Assembly: GCF_006345805.1 (NCBI RefSeq)
Contig: NC_043013.1
Span: 19,220,001 to 19,284,000, forward strand
From: Octopus sinensis
Taxonomy: Eukaryota
Direction of reading: 5' to 3'
Length of the DNA: 64,000 nucleotides
The notes under the pieces are model-generated. The model was not told where the DNA came from. It did no database searches and saw nothing but the letters and a program-made list of their open reading frames with translations. Numbering within the stretch: the first letter of the stretch is position 1; every line of letters starts with the position of its first letter. Below are positions 36,901-48,900 of the stretch, piece after piece. The position numbers and the translations under genes are program-made.

Positions 36901-39900
36901 GTTGTTGTTCTTGTTGGTTCTGTTATTGTTGCTGCTGTTGTTAGTTCTGTTGTGGTTGTTGCTGCTGGTTCTGTTGTGAATATTGTTGGTAGTTCCCTTG
37001 TGGATTTTGTGGGCACTGTAGGGATTGCAGTATTAGTTTCTCTTGCACTTGTTAATTCTACCGTGATTGTTTTTGGATCTGTTTGTGCTGTGGCTTCTGT
37101 TGTGGTCATTTTTGCTGTGTCTGTTGTTTTTGTTGCGGATGTTATTGGTTCTGCTATTGTAGTTGTCGTTGTTGGTGGTGTCATACCTGATACTTTACCT
37201 AACTCTTTTGATCTGCTTGTTTGGGGTGTAGTATCTGTTATTGGTTTTAGTGTAACTGTTGTTGACATAGTACCACTAGATATCTGCTGTGTATTGTTTA
37301 TGGATGCCTGGTTTTCTGTTGTTTTATCCATGTTGCTTGTTGGAATTGTTGCGGACGTTGTTACATCAACTGATGTCTCTGAGGAAACTGTTGTGGATTC
37401 TTTAGTGGTTGTTATTTCCCTTGCAGTCATTGTTGTATCTAGTGATACAAGTGTTGTGTTCGCCTTTGATTGTGCAGTGCTTGTCAATGGTATTGTAGCA
37501 GATGGCTGTTGTGAAGTTGTTGGTTCTGATTGCATGGCATTTATTGTTGATGACATTGGTGTTTCTGTTGCTGCTGTTGTTCGTTTTCTAGTTGTTATTG
37601 CTTCGTTAGTTGTTGCTGACCCTTCTGTGCTCAAAGTTGATATTGTAATGTCTTTAGTTTGTGTATTGATTGTAGTTTGTTCTGTCGCAGTACCATTTTG
37701 ACCAGTTATGACTGATGTTGGTTGTTTGGCACTTGTTGATATTACTGTAGTGTTTGCTGTCGGACCAAAACCACTTGTTTGTTCCGTAGTGTATACTGTG
37801 CCCGCAGTTGTGAAAGCTTCAATCGTTGATGATGGTTCTGGGGTTATTGTCGATGGCACTGCCATTGTTGTCAGTGCTTTATGTGAACTCGTTGATTCGA
37901 TAGTTCTTGGTTCTTTTGTTCTTGTTGCCTCTGTTTTTGTCGTTGTGGGTTCTGTTCTTCGTGTTGGTCCTCTTGTTGGTTCCGTTGTAACTGTTGTTAT
38001 TTCCTGACCTGTGGTTGGTTTTTCTGTTGTAGTTGGCTTTGCACTTGTAGGCTTTGATCTTGTTTCTGGTATGTTTGTTGCTAGTAGTGTTTGTGTTGAA
38101 GATTCTGTTGTGGTTGCAGTTGGTTCTAAGGTTGTTGGTGTTCGTTCTGCTGTGCTTGTTACTGTTGCTGGTACATTTGTGGTTGTTGTTGGTTCTGCTG
38201 CGACCGTTGTTTCTTTTGTGATTCTTGTGGTTTCTACTGTGGCTGTTGTTGTTGGTTCTGTGGTGGTGGTTGTTGTGTGATCTGTTATAGTTGTTGGTTC
38301 TTTTCTGGCTATTTGTTCCGTTGTGGTGGTGGCCGTTGTTGATGCTGGTGTCTTTTTTGCTGTTGTTGATTCTGTTTCTGTTGTTTTTGGTGCGAGTGTG
38401 GTTGTTGTTGTGATCGGTGTTTCTGCTGCTTCGGTTACCGCTGGTTCAGTTTTTGTTATTGTTGTTGGTTCTGTTGTGATTGGTGTTGTTGGCTCTATCG
38501 TCTCTGATGTTGATTCTGTTGTGGTTGCTGTTGGTTTCGTAGTTGCTGTTTGTTCTGATATGGCTGTTGTTGTTGTTGTTGTTGTTGTTGCTGGTGGTGT
38601 TATTGTTGTAGCCGTTGTTAGTTCTTTCATAGTTGTTGTTGTTGGTACTGTGATGTTTGTTTCCGTTGGTTCTGTTATGGTCTTTGTTGTTGCATCAGCC
38701 GTGGTCGTCATCGATGTTGGCTTTGTTTGTTTTGCTGTGTTTATTGTTTTTGTTGTTCCTATTCTGGTTGCTGTGGGTTCTTTTTCGGTTGTTGGTACTA
38801 TTGTTGTTGTTCTTGGTACTGTTGCACCTGATGTTGCGGATTCAGCTGTTGTTACGGTTTGTAATGTAGTAGTTGCTTTTGTCTGTTTTCTTGTTGTGGG
38901 TATCGATTCTAATGTGATTGATGTTTGCTGTGTAATGTTTGTTGTTGTTGGTCCTGTTGTGGATGTCTTCATGGTTTTTTGCGTAGCTAATTTTGGAATT
39001 ATTGTTGTTGTTTCCTCTGAAGCTGTTGTTGGTTCCATTGTGGTTGTTACAGCCTTTGTTGCTGCTGTTGATTCTGTGGTGTTTGTTGCTTCTGCTATGG
39101 TTGGTTTGTCTGTTGTTGTTATTGTTGGCTCTGTCTTTGCTACTGTTGGTGGTTCATCTATGATTGCTGTTGTTGGTTCCCTTGTGGTTGTTGTTGCAGG
39201 TTCCGTTGTAATTTTAGCCGTTGATCCTGTTGTGGATGCTGGTTCTAATGTGTCTGTTGCTGTATGTTCTGCTGCAGTGGTCGTTGGTTCAGCTGTGGCT
39301 GTTATAGTCTGGGTTGAAGTTATTGTTGTTGTTTCTGTTGTAGTTGGTATTTCTGTTATATTTGTGGTTGGTTGCGCTTTCGTTGTTGTTGGCTGTGTTG
39401 GAGTTGGTTCTGTTGGTGTGGTTTCTACTGTAGATGTTGTTAGTTCTAGTGTAGCTGTTGTTGATAGTACTGTTTTTGTTGTTGGTTCTCTTATTACAGA
39501 TTTTGTGGGTTCAGTGTCAGTTGTCGCATTTGTTTTTGTTCTGTTTGTTGTGTTTGCTGTCGTTTCTGTTGTTATTGTTGGTAGTGTTGATGTAGTTGGT
39601 TCTGTTGTATTTATAGATGTTTTTGGCTCTGTTGTGGTTGTTATTGATTGAGTTGAATTTGGTGGCCCTAACGTGATTCTTGTTTTTGATACAGGTCTTG
39701 TTGTTTCTGTTGTTATGCTTGTGTTCGTTAGTTCCTTTGTGGATGTCGTTGTTGGCTTTGTTGTAGCCATCACAGGTTGTATTGTTTTTGTTGGTTCTGT
39801 TGCGTTTGCTGCTTTTGTTGATTCTGTTGCGGCTGTTGTTAGTTCCGCTGCAGTTGTTGGTGTTAGTGTTCGAATTATTGTTGTTGGTTCTGTTTTGCTT

Positions 39901-42900
39901 GTCGTTGCCTCTGCTGTGCTGGGTGTTTCTGTTGTGGTTGTTGTCGGTATCATTTTTGTTGTTGTTCGTTCTGTTGTGATTGATTTCGTTGATTCTTTGA
40001 TAGCTGTCGTTGGTTCCTTTGCTGTTGTCGTAGGCTCTGCTGATATTGTTGTTTCTTCTCTTGTGGTCGTCTCTTCTATTCTTGTTGCACTTGTTCGTTG
40101 TAACGTAGGTGTTGTATTTGCTTTTTTTGTCAAAGATACCGGTCCAGTTATGGTTGATATTTGCTCTGCTATGGATGCTGTCGCTGGTTCTGTTATGAGT
40201 GTTGTTGTTGGTTCTGTTGTAGTTGTTGTCGTTGATGCTTTGGTTGTTGTTGTAGGCAATGTTGGGGTTATTGTTGGTTGTTTTGAAGCTGTTGTTTGTT
40301 CTATTGCGCTTGTTCTAGGTTCTGTTGAGGAAGTTATTGTGGTTGATGTTGTAGCTACTGTTGTGTTTGTCTTTGGTTCTGCTTTAATTGTTGGTTCTCT
40401 TGCGGTAGTTATTGACTTTATTGTGGTTATCGATGTTGGTTTTGTCGTATTTGTTGTTGGTTCCGTTGTGGCTGTCATCGTTTCTGTTACTGTTGTTAGT
40501 ATGGCTGCGGTTCTTGTAGGTTCTGTTGTAGTGCTCGTTGGTCCTGTCGTTGTTGTTGATATGGTTTTTGTTGTTGTTGGTTCTTTTGTGGTTGCTGTAG
40601 TTGATGATATTGATGCTTTTACGCCTAGTGTAGTTGTTGTCGGTCCTATTGTAGTTGTTTGTCCTGTTGTGGTTGTTTTTGGTTCTGTTGTAGTTATTCT
40701 TCCTACCGTGGTTGTTGTCGGTTCCACTATGATGGTGCTGGGCTCATATTTGGTTTCATTCGTTGGTAGAGCAGTTGTTCTTGCTGGAACTGTTGTAATT
40801 GTCGTTGAGGGTTCTGATGTTGTTTCCGATTCCGCTGTGCTTGTTGATATAGGTAGTGGTGTAGCGGTTGTTTTTGTTTGATTTGTAGTTTGGAATAGCG
40901 GTCCTATTGTGGTTGATGTTTGATACGTAGTGTTTGTGGTTAATAGGTCTGCTTTACTTGGAGTTGTGGTTGTCGCTGATTCCGTTGATTTCGATTGTTC
41001 TTTCATGGATGTTGTTCGTCCTGTGGTGGTTGTTGTTACAGCTTCAGCTGTGGTTGTTCCTGGTGGTTCCCTTGTGCTTAGAATTGATTCTGTCACTGTT
41101 GATTCTTTTGCATTCGTTGGTGTTGATTTTGTAACAGTTGTTGTTTCTTCTATTATATTTGTTGCTCTTGGTTCTGCTGACGATGGTGTTGCTGCTGCTG
41201 ATGCTGTTGTAGATGACATAGCTATGGTTGTGATGTTTGTACTTGGTTCTTTTGGAGATGTTGGTTGCTCTGTTCTGGTTGTTGTTGGTTCTGCTGTGGT
41301 TGTTATTTTTTCTGTTGTGGTTGTTGTTGGTTCTGCTGTGATCGTTGTTGGTTCTGTTGTGGTTGCTGTTGGTTCTGCTGTGGTTGTTGTTGGTTCTGTT
41401 GTGATTGTTGTTGGTTCTCTTGTGGTTGTTGTTGGTTCTGCTGTGGTTGTTGTTGGTTCTGTTGTGGCTGTTGTTGGTTCTGTTGTGGCTGTTGTTGGTT
41501 CCGTTGAGGTTGTTGTTTGTTCTGTTATGGTTGTTGTTGGTTCTGTTGTGGTTGTTGTTGGTTCTGTTGTGGTTGTTGTTGGTTCTGTTATGGTTGTTGT
41601 TGGTTCTATTGCAGCAGTTGTTGGTTCTGTTGTGGTTGTTGTTGGTTCTATTGTGGTTGTTGTTGGTTCTGTTGTGGTTGTTGTTGGTTCTGTTGTGGTT
41701 GTTGTTGGTTCTGCTGTGGTTGTTGTTGGTTCTGTTGTGGTTGTTGCTGGTTCTGATGAGGTTGTTGTTGGGTCTGCTGTGGTTGTTGTTGGTTCTACTG
41801 TGGCTGTTATTTTTTCTGTTGTGGTTGTTGTTGGTTCTGCTGTGATTGTTGTTGGTTCTGTGGTGGTTGTTGTTGGTTCTGATGTGGTTGTTATTGGTTC
41901 TGCTGTGGTTGTTATTTTTTCTGTTGTGGTTGTTGTTGGTTCTGATGTGGTTGTTGTTGGTTCTGCTGTGGTTGTTGTTGGTTCTGTTGTTGTTGTTGTT
42001 GGTTCTGTTGTGGTTGTTGTTGGTTCTGTTGTGGTTGTTGTTGGTTCTGCTGTGGTTGTTGTTGGTTCTGTTGTGGTTGTTGTTGGTTCTGTTGTGGTTG
42101 TTATTTGTTCTGTTGTGGTTGTTATTTTTTCTGTTGTGGTTGTTGTTGGTTCTGCTGTGGTTGTTGTTGGTTCTGTTGTGGTTGTTGTTGGTTTCTGTTG
42201 TGGTTGTTTTTGGTTCTGTTGTGTGTTGTTGTTGGTTCTCTGCTGTGGTTGTTGTGGTTCTGCTGTGGTTGTTGTGGTTCTGTTGTGGTTGTTGTTGGTT
42301 CTGTTGTGGTTGTTGTTGGTTCTGTTGTGGTTGTTATTTGTTCTGTTGTGGTTGTTATTTGTTCTGTTGTGGTTGTTGTTGGTTCTGCTGTGGTTGTTGT
42401 TGGTTCTGTTGTGGTTGTTGTTGGTTCTGTTGTGGTTGTTGTTGGTTCTGTTGTGGTTGTTGTTGGTTCTGTTGTGGTTGTTGTTGGTTCTGTTGTGGTT
42501 GTTATTTGATCTGTTGTGGTTGTTGTTGGTCCTGCTGTTGTTGTTGTTGGTTCTGTAGAGGTTGTTATTTTTTCTGTTGTGGTTGTTGTTGGTTCTGCTG
42601 TGGTTGTTGCTGGTTCTGATGTGGTTGTTGTTGGTTCTGCTGTGGTTGTTGTTGGTTCTGCTGTGGCTGTTAGTTTTTCTGTTGTGGTTGTTGTTGGTTC
42701 TGCTGTGATTGTTGTTGGTTCTGTTGTGGTTGTTGTTGGTTCTGATGTGGTTGTTGTTGGTTCTGCTGTGGTTGTTATTTTTTCTGTTGTGGTTGTTGTT
42801 GGTTCTGCTGTGATTGTTGTTGGTTCTGTTGTGGCTGTTGTTGGTTCTGTTCTGGCTGTTGTTGGTTCCGTTGAGGTTGTTGTTTGTTCTGTTATGGTTG

Positions 42901-45900
42901 TTGTTGGTTCTGTTGTGGTTGTTGTTGGTTCTGTTGTGGTTGTTGTTGGTTCTGTTATGGTTGTTGTTGGTTCTATTGCAGCAGTTGTTGGTTCTGTTGT
43001 GGTTGTTGTTGGTTCTATTGTGGTTGTTGTTGGTTCTGTTGTGGTTGTTGTTGGTTCTGTTGTGGTTGTTGTGGTTCTGCTGTGGTTGTTGTTGGTTCTG
43101 TTGTGGTTGTTGCTGGTTCTGATGTGGTTGTTGTTGGGTCTGCTGTGGTTGTTGTTGGTTCTACTGTGGCTGTTATTTTTTCTGTTGTGGTTGTTGTTGG
43201 TTCTGCTGTGATTGTTGTTGGTTCTGTGGTGGTTGTTGTTGGTTCTGATGTGGTTGTTGTTGGTTCTGCGTGTTGGTGTATTTTTTCTGTTGTGGTTGTT
43301 GTGGTTCTGATGTGGTGTTGTTGTTGGTTCTGCTGTGGTTGTTGTTGGTTCTGTTGTTGTTGTTGTTGGTTCTGTTGTGGATGTTGTTAGTTCTGTTGTG
43401 GTTGTTGTTGGTTCTCCTGTGGTTGTTGTTGGTTCTGTTGTGGTTGTTGTTGGTTCTGTTGTGGTTGTTATTTGTTCTGTTGTGGTTGTTATTTTTTCTG
43501 TTGTGGTTGTTGTTGGTTCTGCTGTGGTTGTTGTTGGTTCTGTTGTGGTCGTTGTTGGTTCTGTTGTGGTTGTTGTTGGTTCTGTTGTGGTTGTTATTTG
43601 TTCTGTTGTGGTTGTTATTTGTTCTGTTGTGGTTGTTGTTGGTTCTGCTGTGGTTGTTGTTGGTTCTGTTGTGGTTGTTGTTGGTTCTGATGTGGTTGTT
43701 GTTGGTTCTGTTGTGGTTGTTGTTTGTTCTGTTGTGGTTGTTATTTGTTCTGTTGTGGTTGTTGTTGGTTCTGCTGTGGTTGTTGTTGGTTCTGTTTTGG
43801 TTGTTGTTGGTTCTGTTGTGGTTGTTATTTGTTCTGTTGTGGTTGTTGTTGGTCCTGCTGTGGTTGTTGTTGGTTCTGTTGTGGTTGTTATTTTTTCTGT
43901 TGTGGTTGTTGTTGGTTCTGCTGTGGTTGTTGTTGGTTCTGTTGTGGTTGTTGTTGGTTCTGTTGTGGTTGTTGTTGGTTCTGTTGTGGTTGTTATTTGA
44001 TATGTTGTGGTTGTTGTTGGTCCTGCTGTGGTTGTTGTTGGTTCTGTAGAGGTTGTTATTTTTTCTGTTGTGGTTGTTGTTGGTTCTGCTGTGGTTGTTG
44101 CTGGTTCTGATGTGGTTGTTGTTGGTTCTGCTGTGGTTGTTGTTGGTTCTGCTGTGGCTGTTATTTTTTCTGTTGTGGTTGTTGTTGGTTCTGATGTGGT
44201 TGTTGTTGGTTCTGCTGTGGTTGTTATTTTTTCTGTTGTGTTTGTTGTTGGTTCTGCTGTGGTTGTTGTTGGTTCTGTTGTGGTTGTTGTTGGTTCTATT
44301 GTGGTTGTTGTTGGTTCTGTTGTGGTTGTTATTTGATCTGTTGTGGTTGTTGTTGGTCCTGCTGTGGTTGTTGTTGGTTCTGTAGAGGTTGTTATTTTTT
44401 CTGTTGTGGTTGTTGTTGGTTCTGCTGTGGTTGTTGTTGGGGTTCTGTTGTAGTTGTTATTTGTTCTGTTGTGGTTGTTGTGTGTTCTGCTGTGGTTGTT
44501 GTTGGTTCTGTTGTGGTTGTTGTTGGTTCTGTTGTGGTTGTTTTGTTCTGTTGTGGTTGTTATTTGTTCTGCTGTGGTTGTTGTTGGTTCTGTTGTGGTG
44601 TTGTTGTTCTGTTGTGGTTGTTATTTGTTCTGCTGTGGTTGTTGTTGGTTCTGTTGTGGTTGTTGTGGTTCTGTTGTGGTTGTTATTTGTTCTTTTGTGG
44701 TTGTTGTTGGTTCTGTTGTGGTTGTTGTTGGTTCTGTTGTAGTTGTTATTTGTTCTTTTGTGGTTGTTGTTGGTTCTGCTGTGGTTGTTGTTGGTTCTGT
44801 TGTGGTTGTTGTTGGTTCTGTTGCGGTTGTTATTTGTTCTTTTGTGGTTGTTGTGGTTCTGTGTGGTTGTTGTTGTTCTGGTTTAGTTGTAGTTGTTATT
44901 TGTTCTGTTGTGGTTGTTGTTGGTTCTGCCTGTGGTTGTTGTGGTTCTGTTGTGGTGTTGTTGGTTCTGTGTGGTTGTATTTGTTCTGTTGTGGTTGTTA
45001 TTTGTTTGTTGTGGTTGTTATTTGTTCTGCTGTGGTGTTGTGTTGGTTATGTTGTGGTTGTTGTTTGTTATGTTGTGGTTGTTATTTGTTATGCTGTGGT
45101 TGTTGTTGGTTCTGTTGTGGTTGTTGTTGGTTATGTTGTGGTTGTTATTTGTTTTTGTTTTTTGTTGTTGTTGGTTCTGTTGTGGTTGTTGTTGGTTCTG
45201 TTGTAGTTGTTATTTGTTCTGTTGTGGTTGTTGTTGGTTCTGCTGTGGTTGGTGTTGGTTCTTGTGGTTGTTGTTGGTCTGTTGGTGTCGTTATTTGTTC
45301 TTTTGTGGTTGTTGTTGGTTCTGTTGTGGTTGTTGTTGGTTCTGTTGTGGTTGTTATTTGTTCTGTTGTGGTTGTTATTTGTTCTGCTGTGGTTGTTGTT
45401 GGTTCTGTTGTGGTTGTTGTTTGTTCTGTTGTGGTTGTTATTTGTTCTGCTGTGGTTGTTGTTGGTTCTGTTGTGGTTGTTGTTTGTTCTGTTGTGGTTG
45501 TTATTTGTTCTTTTGTGGTTGTTATTTGTTCTGTTGTGGTTGTTGTTGGTTCTGCTGTGGTTGTTGTTGGTTCTGTTGTGGTTGTTGTTGGTTCTGTTGT
45601 GGTTGTTATTTGTTCTGTTGTGGTTGTTATTTGTTCTGCTGTTGTTTGTTGTTGGTTCTGTGTGGTTGTTGTTTGTCTGTGGGTTGTTATTTGTTCGGCT
45701 GTGGGTTGTTGTTGGTTCTGTTGTGATTGTTGTTGGTTCTGTTGGGTTGTTATTTGTCTTTTGTGGTTGTTGTTGGTTCTGTTGTGGGTGTTGTTGGTTC
45801 TGTTGTTGTGGTTATTTGTTCTGTTGTGGTTGTTGTTGGTTCTGGCTGTGGTTGTTGTTGGTTCTGTAGAGGTTGTTGTTTGTTTCTCTGGCTTGCGGGT

Positions 45901-48900
45901 TGTTATTTTTTCTGTTGTGGTTGTTGTTGGCTCTGCTGTGGGGTTGTTGGTTCTGTTGTGGTGGTTGTTTGGTTCTGTTTTTGTGGTGTGTATTTGTTCT
46001 GTTGTGTGGGTGTGGGTTCTGCTGTGGTTGTTGTTGGTTCTGTAGAGGTTGTTGTTTGTTTCTGCTTGCGTTGTTATTTTTTTCTGTTGTGGTTGTTGTT
46101 GGTTCTGCTGTGGTTGTTGTTGGTTCTGTTGTAGTTGTTATTTGTTCTGTTGTGGTTGTTGTTGGTTCTGCTGTGGTTGTTGTTGGTTCTGTTGTGGTTG
46201 TTGTTGGTTCTGTTGTGGTTGTTATTTGTTCTGTTGTGGTTGTTGTTGGTTCTGCTGTGGTTGTTGTTGGTTCTGGTGTGGTTGTTGTTGGTTCTGTTGT
46301 GGTTGTTATTTGTTCTGTTGTGGTTGTTGTTGGTCCTGCTGTGGTTGTTGTTGTTTCTGTAGAGGTTGTTATTTTTTCTGTTGTGGTTGTTGTTGGTTCT
46401 GCTGTGGTTGTTGTTGGTTCTGTTGTGGTTGTTGTTGGTTCTGTTGTGGTTGTTATTTGTTCTGTCGTGGTTGTTGTTGGTTCTGTTGTGGTTGTTCTTT
46501 GTTCTGTTGTGGTTGTTGTTGGTTCTGTTGTGGTTGTTATTTGTTCTGTTGTGGTTGTTTTTGTTCTGTTGTGGTTGTTGTTGGTTCTGCTGTGGTTGTT
46601 GTTGGTCTGTTGTGGTTGTTGTTGGTTCTGATGTGGTTGTTGTTGGTTCTGTTGTTTTGGTTTTGTTGTTTGTTCTGTTGTGGTTGTTATTTGTTTCTGT
46701 TGTGGTTGTTGTTTGGTTCTGCTGTGGTTGTTGTTGGTTCTGGTTTTTTTGGTTGTTGTGGGTTCTGTTGTGGTTGTTATTTGTTCTGTTGTGGTTGTTG
46801 TTGGTCCTGCTGTGGTTGTTGTTGGTTCTGTTGTGGTTGTTATTTTTTCTGTTGTGGTTGTTGTTGGTTCTGCTGTGGTTGTTGTTGGTTCTGTTGTGGT
46901 TGTTGTTGGTTCTGTTGTGGTTGTTGTTGGTTCTGTTGTGGTTGTTATTTGATATGTTGTGGTTGTTGTTGGTCCTGCTGTGGTTGTTGTTGGTTCTGTA
47001 GAGGTTGTTATTTTTTCTGTTGTGGTTGTTGTTGGTTCTGCTGTGGTTGTTGCTGGTTCTGATGTGGTTGTTGTTGGTTCTGCTGTGGTTGTTGTTGGTT
47101 CTGCTGTGGCTGTTATTTTTTCTGTTGTGGTTGTTGTTGGTTCTGATGTGGTTGTTGTTGGTTCTGCTGTGTGTTGTTATTTTTTTCTGTTGTGTTTGTT
47201 GTTGGTTCTGCTGTGGTTGTTGTTGGTTCTGTTGTGGTTGTTGTTGGTTCTATTGTGGTTGTTGTTGGTTCTGTTGTGGTTGTTATTTGATCTGTTGTGG
47301 TTGTTGTTGGTCCTGCTGTGGTTGTTGTTGGTTCTGTAGAGGTTGTTATTTTTTCTGTTGTGGTTGTTGTTGGTTCTGCTGTGGTTGTTGTTGGTTCTGT
47401 TGTAGTTGTTATTTGTTCTGTTGTGGTTGTTGTTGGTTCTGCTGTGGTTGTTGTTGGTTCTGTTGTGGTTGTTGTTGGTTCTGTTGTGGTTGTTATTTGT
47501 TCTGTTGTGGTTGTTATTTGTTCTGCTGTGGTTGTTGTTGGTTCTGTTGTGGTTGTTGTTTGTTCTGTTGTGGTTGTTATTTGTTCTGCTGTGGTTGTTG
47601 TTGGTTCTGTTGTGGTTGTTGTTGGTTCTGTTGTGGTTGTTATTTGTTCTTTTGTGGTTGTTGTTGGTTCTGTTGTGGTTGTTGTTGGTTCTGTTGTAGT
47701 TGTTATTTGTTCTTTTGTGGTTGTTGTTGGTTCTGCTGTGGTTGTTGTTGGTTCTGTTGTGGTTGTTGTTGGTTCTGTTGCGGTTGTTATTTGTTCTTTT
47801 GTGGTTGTTGTTGGTTCTGTTGTGGTTGTTGTTGGTTCTGTTGTGTTGTTATTTGTTTTCTTGTTTTTGGTTGTTGTGGTTCTGCTGCTGTGGTTGTTGT
47901 TGGTTCTGTTGTGGTTGTTGTTGGTTCTGTTGTGGTTGTTATTTGTTCTGTTGTGGTTGTTATTTGTTCTGTTGTGGTTGTTATTTGTTCTGCTGTGGTT
48001 GTTGTTGGTTCTGTTGTGGTTGTTGTTTGTTCTGTTGTGGTTGTTATTTGTTCTGCTGTGGTTGTTGTTGGTTCTGTTGTGGTTGTTGTTGGTTCTGTTG
48101 TGGTTGTTATTTGTTCTTTTGTGGTTGTTGTTGGTTCTGTTGTGGTTGTTGTTGGTTCTGTTGTAGTTGTTATTTGTTCTGTTGTGGTTGTTGTTGGTTC
48201 TGCTGTGGTTGTTGTTGGTTCTGTTGTGGTTGTTGTTGGTTCTGTTGTGGTCGTTATTTGTTCTTTTGTGGTTGTTGTTGGTTCTGTTGTGGTTGTTGTT
48301 GGTTCTGTTGTGGTTGTTATTTGTTCTGTTGTGGTTGTTATTTGTTCTGCTGCTGGTGGTTGTTGTTGGTTCTGTTGTGGTTGTTGTTTGTTCTGTTGTG
48401 GTTGTTATTTGTTCTGCTGTGGTTGTTGTTGGTTCTGTTGTGGTTGTTGTTTGTTCTGTTGTGGTTGTTATTTGTTCTTTTGTGGTTGTTATTTGTTCTG
48501 TTGTGGTTGTTGTTGGTTCTGCTGTGGTTGTTGTTGGTTCTGTTGTGGTTGTTGTTGGTTCTGTTGTGGTTGTTATTTGTTCTGTTGTGGTTGTTATTTG
48601 TTCTGCTGTGGTTGTTGTTGGTTCTGTTGTGGTTGTTGTTTGTTCTGTTGTGGTTGTTATTTGTTCTGCTGTGGTTGTTGTTGGTTCTGTTGTGATTGTT
48701 GTTGGTTCTGTTGTGGTTGTTATTTGTTCTTTTGTGGTTGTTGTTGGTTCTGTTGTGGTTGTTGTTGGTTCTGTTGTGGTTGTTATTTGTTCTGTTGTGG
48801 TTGTTGTTGGTTCTGCTGTGGTTGTTGTTGGTTCTGTAGAGGTTGTTGTTTGTTCTGCTGCGGTTGTTATTTTTTCTGTTGTGGTTGTTGTTGGCTCTGC

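Noticed and set aside
37575-37595. TRKR as a furin cleavage site
   Set aside because: It lacks the P4 Arg of the R-X-K/R-R consensus and is not kept in the second module copy (TKER).
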